From assembly GCA_044229975.1 (NCBI GenBank), contig JBGARZ010000004.1, forward strand, positions 320,001 to 384,000: 64,000 bases of DNA, in the 5' to 3' direction. The notes beneath the pieces were generated by a model. The model saw nothing but the letters and a program-made list of their open reading frames with translations. It was not told the DNA's origin and made no database searches. Numbering within the stretch: position 1 is the stretch's first letter; the number at the start of each line of letters is the position of its first letter. A program made the translations under genes and the position numbers. This document shows positions 58,006-64,000 of the stretch, in pieces. The DNA is from Polyangiales bacterium. Lineage in GTDB: Bacteria > Myxococcota_A > Polyangia > Polyangiales > Ga0077539.

Positions 58006-58127
58006 CCAGCGAGGTCTCCTACGGCGCGCGAGGAGATCCCAATCGACATCGCTGCCAAATGAACTTCGTGGTCTGGGCCATCTGGTAGAGCGGATCCGTG
58101 TCGACAAGGGTGCCCCGCTGGACCTCC
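58006..58127 (+). repeat. Diverged direct repeat downstream of yeeABC
   Basis: Partner of 51723-51848. Confidence 0.75.
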
Positions 58128-58223
58128 TATTGGCCGTCGCTGTCAACCGCGGCGCGTCGACCCCACTGACGCGCGCTCGTGCGCCGTCGCTGCGCGCCCG
58201 GTGCGCTGGTACGGTGCCGCCCG

Positions 58224-58985
58224 ATGGGCATTCGGGGAGTCTTGGTCGGGGCGCTCGCGATGCTCGGCTGCGGCTCGACCGCGGCCTCGACCGACGCCGG
58301 GTCGGACGCACGCCCGGGCTTCGACGCCTCGCAGGCGTGCGGGCTCCAGCAGTATCAGTTGGCGTCGCAGCTCCTCGCGCCGAACGAAGGGCGGCCCGCG
58401 TGCTCGGTGGTCGTGAGGATCTCGGCGACCACGATGCGTCCGACGGGCTTTCAGGCGTTCTGCGGAGCTGCGACGGGCGCGACGGACGCGCAGGCCGCGG
58501 CGCTCGCGGAGGCGGCGATGATTCCCTCCGCGACGCCGCAGCGCGTGGAGGCCGCGACGCCTGCGGATGCGTTCTTGTTCTACGCGCCGCCTAGCGACCT
58601 CGGCGGCATCGTGGCGGTGAGTGCGCGGCTGGGCGTGACGGTGTTCGCGGCGCCCGTGGTGTGGGGCAACCCCGAGCAGACCTTCGTCCCCGCGCAGTGG
58701 CGCGACGGGTCGGAGCTCGCCTACGGCTGCGGCACCGGCGTGGTGATCCCGCGTGTGCGCGGCGTGAACCTGTCCAGCGGCGCGGCCCTCGACGCGGCGA
58801 CGATCGAGCCGGTGACCGACGCGATCCGCCGCACGATGCTGCCGGGCGCGCTCGCCGACCGGGGCGCGGTGCTCGACGCGGTGGTGTTCGGCTACGACCC
58901 GACGCCGGGGCGCGACGGAGACGGCGACGACGGCCCGCTGTGGATCGCCATCGTCAACGCAGGAAGGGACGACCCGACGCCATGA
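58224..58985 (+). CDS. Hypothetical lipoprotein
   Basis: Lipobox MLGC; PPSDLGG motif. Confidence 0.72.
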   Translation: MGIRGVLVGALAMLGCGSTAASTDAGSDARPGFDASQACGLQQYQLASQLLAPNEGRPACSVVVRISATTMRPTGFQAFCGAATGATDAQAAALAEAAMIPSATPQRVEAATPADAFLFYAPPSDLGGIVAVSARLGVTVFAAPVVWGNPEQTFVPAQWRDGSELAYGCGTGVVIPRVRGVNLSSGAALDAATIEPVTDAIRRTMLPGALADRGAVLDAVVFGYDPTPGRDGDGDDGPLWIAIVNAGRDDPTP

Positions 58986-59284
58986 AGTTCATCGACCTCG
59001 TCGCGCCGCGCCGCCTGGGCGCGCTGGCGCTGGGCGCGGCTGTCACGCTCTCGTGGGGCGAGCGCGCCGCGGCGTGCCGGTGTCGGCTCTACGATCAGGA
59101 GCAGCTCACGCTGGAGCTCGAATCGGTCACGGTCGACGGCGCGCCGACCGCCGACGTCGCGGCCTGGCAGCGGAACGACGTGACGCTCCATCCCGACCCC
59201 AATGGCGAGGTGCTCACGCTGCGATGGCACGAGCGTGATGGCGGCGCAGGCGAGGGGAGCGAGCGCTATGACCCGATCCGTTAG
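58982..59284 (+). CDS. Small secreted hypothetical protein
   Basis: ATGA overlap; signal peptide followed by ACRC. Confidence 0.62.
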   Translation: MKFIDLVAPRRLGALALGAAVTLSWGERAAACRCRLYDQEQLTLELESVTVDGAPTADVAAWQRNDVTLHPDPNGEVLTLRWHERDGGAGEGSERYDPIR

Positions 59285-59558
59285 CCTGCTGTTCGCGGCG
59301 CTCGCGGTCGCCGCCGCGGGGTGCGGGAGCGAGCGATTCGGCTCGTGCGAGGGGGTCGTGTGCCCGCCGCTGCAACGGGTCGCGGTCCGCGCTGGGTCTT
59401 ATGAGGGGTAGCTCGCGACGACCGTGACGCCGTCGGCGGTCCCGTTTCCGCGCGACGAGTCGCGGCGGACGTTGGTGGTTGACCGCGACGCGGGGGTGGT
59501 GACCATCACCGCGGCGCGCGACGGCAGCGTGGTCGTCGAGCGCTGGCGCATCCGTTAG
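59268..59558 (+). pseudogene. Small lipoprotein gene interrupted by an in-frame TAG at 59409-59411
   Basis: Lipobox AAGC; frame continues with biased codons (LATTVTP..VVVERWRIR) to TAG 59558. Confidence 0.55.
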
Positions 59559-59609
59559 CGGGGGTTCAGCCCGAGCGCTCGATCACACCTCCCCCGCGTG
59601 ACCCGCCGC

Positions 59610-59649
59610 AGACACTTTCACAGTGACTCGACCCACCGTGAAAGTGTCT
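59610..59649. repeat. 40-bp imperfect palindrome, copy 2 (opposite orientation)
   Basis: AGACACTTTCACAGTGACTCGACCCACCGTGAAAGTGTCT. Confidence 0.88.
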
Positions 59650-59659
59650 CCCGCGCCCC

Positions 59660-60394
59660 CTACGCCCCGCCCTTGCGCGCCGCGGCGACCAGTGACACCA
59701 GTGCCGCCAGCGGCATTCGCACCTGCGCGTCGGCGCCGCTTTCCTTGCGCGTCGCGATGAGCTTCGCGGCCACGCCTTCGTCGTCGCCGACGATGGCCCG
59801 CAGCCGCTTGACCGTCGCATCGAAGCGGCGCTGCTCGACCGCGCTCACGGTGAGCCCGCGGCGCGTCGCTCCTGTCGCGGCCGCCCCACGCCGTAGCGTC
59901 GCGGCGGCGTCGTTGATGGCCTGCACCGTCGCCTTCGCCACGTCGAGCACGGCGCCCGACGGGAGCGCGAGCTTCGCCGCCAGGAGGTCTTCGACGCGGT
60001 CGTCTTCGGGCGTGGCGTCGGCGAGGTTCATCAGCGCCGAGGCGCGGTCGGTGCCGAGCTCGCGCACCAGCGACGCGTCGAGCTTCTCGTAGAGCTTGAT
60101 GAGCAGGTCGGCGCGCGTCACCGAGAGGTCGAGCTTCTTCGCGCACAGCGTCTCGAAGGAGCCGTAGCCCATCGCGTCGGCGACCCCCTTGCTCTTCAGC
60201 ACCTGGAGCGCGCGCCCCATCGCGAGGAAGTCGTCGCTGATCTTCGTGCGCAGCGCCTTGATCGCGCTCAGCGCCTTGAATCCCTCATCGGCCAGGCGCT
60301 GTCGTTTCGCATCCCGTTGGGCCCGGGCGTTTCTCTCCAGCGCTGCGGGGAGCTTCGATCGGGTCGCTGCGGTCGAGGTCTTCTTCGTCGCCAT
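59660..60394 (-). CDS. Basic helical hypothetical protein (DUF3102-like, possibly DNA-binding)
   Basis: FLAMGRAL..GYGSFETLCAKKLDLS..A..LI pattern; family call tentative. Confidence 0.7.
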   Translation of the reverse strand: MATKKTSTAATRSKLPAALERNARAQRDAKRQRLADEGFKALSAIKALRTKISDDFLAMGRALQVLKSKGVADAMGYGSFETLCAKKLDLSVTRADLLIKLYEKLDASLVRELGTDRASALMNLADATPEDDRVEDLLAAKLALPSGAVLDVAKATVQAINDAAATLRRGAAATGATRRGLTVSAVEQRRFDATVKRLRAIVGDDEGVAAKLIATRKESGADAQVRMPLAALVSLVAAARKGGA

Positions 60395-60483
60395 CGACGG
60401 AGGACGTTACCGTTTGCGGAGATGGACCGCGACCCAACGCTGCCGCCGAGGACGCGGCATCTCCTCGCGGCGACTACTTCGGC

Positions 60484-60560
60484 GCCGAAGCCCGCGGCGC
60501 CGTCGGGTCTGCCGCGGATGCGCGCGCTGCCGAAGGGACGCAGCAGCTTCCATGGGCGGT
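60484..60560 (+). repeat. Direct repeat, right copy (duplicated bactofilin 3' end)
   Basis: Encodes PKPAAPSGLPRMRALPKGRSSFHGR versus PKPAAPSGPPRMPALPKGRSSFQGR. Confidence 0.9.
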
Positions 60561-60562
60561 TT

Positions 60563-60880
60563 ATACCGATTCACCCCGTCGACGTTCGCGAAGTGGGGGG
60601 CCGGGGTTCACGGTGCAGGCTCCGCGTCCGTCGGGCTCCGTTCACCCCGGTCAATGGTAGGGGGTCACCCCGCCGCTGCGCGACGGGGTTGCAACGGAAG
60701 TCACTGCCCCCCGCTTTTCGTCGGTCAGGAGTGTGACGGATCTCGGGCCTGCAACCCCGTCGCGTAGCGGCGGGGTGACCCCCTACCATTGACCGGGGTG
60801 AACGGAGCCCGACGGACGCGGAGCCTGCACCGTGAACCCCGGCCCCCCACTTCGCGAACGTCAACGGGGTGAATCGGTAT
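60563..60880. repeat. Long palindromic REPIN/MITE-like element, copy 2 (131-bp arms, 56-bp spacer)
   Basis: Arms 60563-60693 and 60750-60880 with 2 mismatches. Confidence 0.92.
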
Positions 60881-60898
60881 TAGTCCCGGAGCGGGAGA

Positions 60899-60936
60899 GA
60901 CACTTTCACGGTGAGTCGGGTCACTGCGAAAGTGTC
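60899..60936. repeat. 40-bp imperfect palindrome, copy 3
   Basis: GACACTTTCACGGTGAGTCGGGTCACTGCGAAAGTGTC. Confidence 0.88.
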
Positions 60937-61030
60937 CCGACGAGGCTCACCCATCGCCGCGCACACCGCGGCGACCGTTGGCGCTATGGTCCGCGCCGCT
61001 CACTTTCGAGCGACGAAGGATCACCCCCCA

Positions 61031-61537
61031 ATGGTCGCAGCGCAGATCGCCCAGTTCACCAAGATGCTCGAAAACCTCGACCGCTGGCTCGACAAAGCCG
61101 AGGCCCACGCCGCGAAGAAGTCCTTCGACGTCAACGTCCTCGCGGCCGCGCGGCTCGCGCCCGACCAGTACCCGCTCTCGCGGCAGGTGCAGGCCGCCTG
61201 CGACGCCGCGAAGTTCGCCGCCGCGCGGCTCTCGGGCCAGGAACCGCCGAAGCACCCCGACACCGAGACCACCTTCCCCGAGCTCAAGGCGCGCGTCGCG
61301 TCGGTGCTCGGCTACCTCAAGACCTTCACCCCCGCGAGCTTCGAGGGCGCCTCGTCGCGGGTGGTTCCGCTGTCGTTTCTCCCCGGCAAGGGGCTCGCGG
61401 GCGAGGACTACCTGAACGAGTTGTCCGCGCCCAACTTCTACTTCCACGTCACGACCGCGTACGCGATCCTGCGCCACAACGGCGTCGACGTCGGCAAGAG
61501 CGACTACATGGGTTCGCTCAACCTCCGCGACCTGTGA
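61031..61537 (+). CDS. DUF1993 family protein (DinB-like fold)
   Basis: RLAPDQYPL..QVQ, PNFYFHVTTAYAILRHNGV.VGK.DY. Confidence 0.93.
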   Translation: MVAAQIAQFTKMLENLDRWLDKAEAHAAKKSFDVNVLAAARLAPDQYPLSRQVQAACDAAKFAAARLSGQEPPKHPDTETTFPELKARVASVLGYLKTFTPASFEGASSRVVPLSFLPGKGLAGEDYLNELSAPNFYFHVTTAYAILRHNGVDVGKSDYMGSLNLRDL

Positions 61538-61610
61538 CGCGCAGAGCCTCAGGTCTCGGAGGCACCACCGTCGCGTCGCGCGAGTAGTTGCCGGTCCGCG
61601 TGGCGTGGCC

Positions 61611-61967
61611 TCAGTCGCGATCGCAGTACGGCGCGTCGGCGGGCGCGGTGCAGTGGTAGTGCGCGGGGCAGATGAACGCCGCGCAGGGGTCGCGCGTCGG
61701 GCTCGGCGCGGGGGCGGGGGCGGGGGGCACGCAGCGCGGGCGCGACACCACGCGGTTGCCCTCGGCGTAGTCGGGGCTGGGCTGCAACTCGCAGCGCGTG
61801 CCCGCGGGGCAGACGGCGGCGCGGCAGGGGTCCGACGCAGCGTCGGGCGCGGACGCGTGGGAGGGGGCGGGCGCCCCGTGGACGGCGGGCACCGCGGAGG
61901 GCGGGGGGGCGGCCGCGCACGCGGCGCTACCAAAGACCCAGGCGGTGAGGGCGAGGGGATTGCGCAT
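61611..61967 (-). CDS. Small Cys/Pro-rich lipoprotein
   Basis: Lipobox-like SAAC; two DPC...CP..C repeats. Confidence 0.6.
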   Translation of the reverse strand: MRNPLALTAWVFGSAACAAAPPPSAVPAVHGAPAPSHASAPDAASDPCRAAVCPAGTRCELQPSPDYAEGNRVVSRPRCVPPAPAPAPSPTRDPCAAFICPAHYHCTAPADAPYCDRD

Positions 61968-62228
61968 CGCGGCGGAGTAGCGCAGCGGCGACGCTCGCGC
62001 GAGCGCGAAGACGTGCCCCTGTTCCGGTGCGGCCATCGGCGCGGGGCCGATGGCGACTGCCGCGGTTACGGCGCCGGCGCGAGCGTCACGCAGAGCCGGC
62101 GCTGCCGAAGGGGCGCAGCCGCTTCCAGGGGCGGTGACTGCGCGTCCGCCACGGCCGCCGTCACCGGGCCCCACGCCGCAACGTCAGCAAGGCGCGCAAC
62201 GGTCTGGCCCCGGTCGACGACCGGCCCG

Positions 62229-63176
62229 CTATCCGAAGAAGGTGCGCCGCCCGCGGGCGAGCTCGTCGAGCGAGGCCTGCATGGCCGCGCGCACTTCGTC
62301 GTAGCAGCGCTGGAGGGTCGCCGGATCATCGGCCGCCGAGGGGTCGAGCTCGGGCCACGCGATGGGGGCGCCGAACTGCAGCGTGGTCTGCGCGGGCAGC
62401 GGGAGGTACGGCAGGACGCCCAGGGTCAAGCCCCACGGCACGTTGAGCACCACGGGGAAGACCTCCAGCCGCAGCCACCGCTTCGCGCCGACCCAGCGGG
62501 CCAGCGAGTCGCCGCGGGTGAGCACGATCCACTGCTCGTGCGTCCCTACGCTCACCACCGGGACGATCGGCGTCCGCTCCCGGATCGCCAGCTTCAGGAA
62601 GCCCTTCCGTCCGCCGAGCTCGATCTTGTAGCGGTCCTTGAAGGGCCGCGTGGCGTCGAGGTCCGAGCCCGGGTAGACCAGCACGAGGTGCTCGCCCTGC
62701 AGCGCCCGCGCCGCGCCCTCGTGCCCCGCGCGGAGGACGCCCGCCCGCGAGGCGATCCGGCGCAGCGTCGCGTTGGAGTGCAGCACGTCGTGCGAGAGCG
62801 AGTACAGGCGCCGCGCGTCGCCGAAGCGGTTGTAGATCGCGGCCAGGGTGAGCGCGCTGTCGCTCACCATGAGGCCGCCGTTGTGGCTGCCCACGAGGAG
62901 CGCGCGGCCGGAGGCGGGGACGTGCTCGATGCCGCGCACCTTCCAACGGAAGTAGCGTTCTCCGATGGCCGTGAACGCCTCGCTCCACGCGCGCACCGCC
63001 TCGGGGTCGAAGGCGTCGAGGTCGTGCGAGGGCAGGTGTCGGTCGGGCGCCGTGACGTACTTCGTCAGCGCGTAGGCGAAGCCGGGCGGCGTGAGCAGCG
63101 CGAGCCCGTCGGGGCCGACCTCGCGCGCCACGCGCGTCCACCAGCTCGCCCGCTCGTCGGTCGTCGGTGTGCTCAT
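62229..63176 (-). CDS. Lysophospholipid acyltransferase family protein
   Basis: LLVGSHNGG (HX-D region), LVYPG, RKGF, PIVPV. Confidence 0.9.
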   Translation of the reverse strand: MSTPTTDERASWWTRVAREVGPDGLALLTPPGFAYALTKYVTAPDRHLPSHDLDAFDPEAVRAWSEAFTAIGERYFRWKVRGIEHVPASGRALLVGSHNGGLMVSDSALTLAAIYNRFGDARRLYSLSHDVLHSNATLRRIASRAGVLRAGHEGAARALQGEHLVLVYPGSDLDATRPFKDRYKIELGGRKGFLKLAIRERTPIVPVVSVGTHEQWIVLTRGDSLARWVGAKRWLRLEVFPVVLNVPWGLTLGVLPYLPLPAQTTLQFGAPIAWPELDPSAADDPATLQRCYDEVRAAMQASLDELARGRRTFFG

Positions 63177-63286
63177 GCGCAGGCGAGAGCGTACGCCATC
63201 GGCGTGTCGGGCGAGACGACCGCAAGGCACCTCGCATCACGAGACGCGCGCGCGCCCACCTTTGCGATTACCCTCGACCCCTCCCG

Positions 63287-64000
63287 ATGACCACAGCCCG
63301 CGTCTCCCTCTTCGCCGCCCTGCTCGTCGCCTGCACGGGCGCGTCCTTCGACCCGGTGACGCCGGTCGCCGACGCCTCCATCGCCGACGCGCCCATCGCC
63401 GACGCACCCACCGCCGACGCGCCCTCGTGCGTAGCCTCCGCCACGCAACCTGTCCCGCGTGGCGATGCGGTCGGCGCGGTCGACCCCCTGACCGGCGACT
63501 TCTACCTCTTCGGCGGCGACGTCGGCCCCGTCGAGACGTGCATGGCACGACCGCGGTTCAGCAACGAGACGTGGCGCTACGACGCCCGCTGCGTCAACTG
63601 GGAACGCCTCCAGCCCGAGTCGTCCCCGTCGCCCCGCTCGCGCGCCGCGTACGCCCTCGACGCGCGCCGCCGTCGCCTGCTCGTCTTCGGCGGCCGCTCC
63701 CGCGAGGCATCGAGCGGCGCGTACACCCTCTACGACGAGCTGTGGTCGCTCGACCTCGCCGAGCAGCGATGGACGATGCTCTCCACGAAGGGCACCGGTC
63801 CCACGGCGCGCGCCAACGCCACCCTGGTCACCGACGACGCCTCGGACGCGGCGATCGTGTTCGGTGGCAACACCAGCAGCGACGGGGCGCGCTTCACCCC
63901 GCGCAACGACACCTGGCGCCTCGACCTCGCCTCGCTCACCTGGACTCGGATCGCCAGCACCCGCAGCCCTCCGGCGCGGCAGTTTCACGCGGCGGCGGCG
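63287..64000 (+). CDS. Kelch-repeat lipoprotein; 3' end runs off the window
   Basis: Manual translation: MTTARVSLFAALLVAC; repeated PSPR..LFGG..W motifs. Confidence 0.85.
   Translation, partial: MTTARVSLFAALLVACTGASFDPVTPVADASIADAPIADAPTADAPSCVASATQPVPRGDAVGAVDPLTGDFYLFGGDVGPVETCMARPRFSNETWRYDARCVNWERLQPESSPSPRSRAAYALDARRRRLLVFGGRSREASSGAYTLYDELWSLDLAEQRWTMLSTKGTGPTARANATLVTDDASDAAIVFGGNTSSDGARFTPRNDTWRLDLASLTWTRIASTRSPPARQFHAAAA

Noticed and set aside
59409..59411. Pyrrolysine or other amber recoding
   Set aside because: No pyl genes or suppressor tRNA in the window; a nonsense mutation or sequencing error is simpler.
50156..60936. Integron attC array
   Set aside because: The palindromes lack RYYYAAC/GTTRRRY ends, do not follow each gene, and no integron integrase is present.

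Overview
A 64-kb, very GC-rich chromosomal segment. Gene content suggests a myxobacterium or close relative: eukaryotic-type Ser/Thr kinase, MYXO-CTERM protein, bactofilin, RpoH-like sigma factor and many lipoproteins. Core genes are rpsB-tsf, dnaX, dinB, gshA, an RluA-family synthase and tRNA-Cys. Metabolic genes include a complete reductive pyrimidine catabolism operon and a GH13 enzyme. The top candidate for an undescribed system is a minus-strand mini-operon at about 3.75-4.35 kb. It holds three non-canonical tRNAs (Asn-GUU, Lys-CUU, Arg-UCU) and two small ORFs missed by the ORF track. The first is a 16-codon leader, MRPQTNSKPKNRNPKR, whose Asn and Lys codons are exactly those read by the downstream tRNAs. 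It forms the 5' arm of a terminator-like hairpin, suggesting codon-sensing attenuation of back-up tRNAs (inference). Also notable: (1) an integrase-less region of about 10.4 kb bracketed by a duplicated bactofilin 3' end, carrying a lower-GC yeeABC (methyltransferase-helicase-GIY-YIG) cassette with its own diverged 125-bp direct repeats; (2) an IS3-family element splitting a gene, with a GTCG target duplication; (3) five families of intergenic palindromes, one showing covariation between copies; (4) an EF-Ts with an insertion of about 60 aa; (5) an orphan FliI/YscN ATPase. Start codons and family calls were made by eye; no searches were run.
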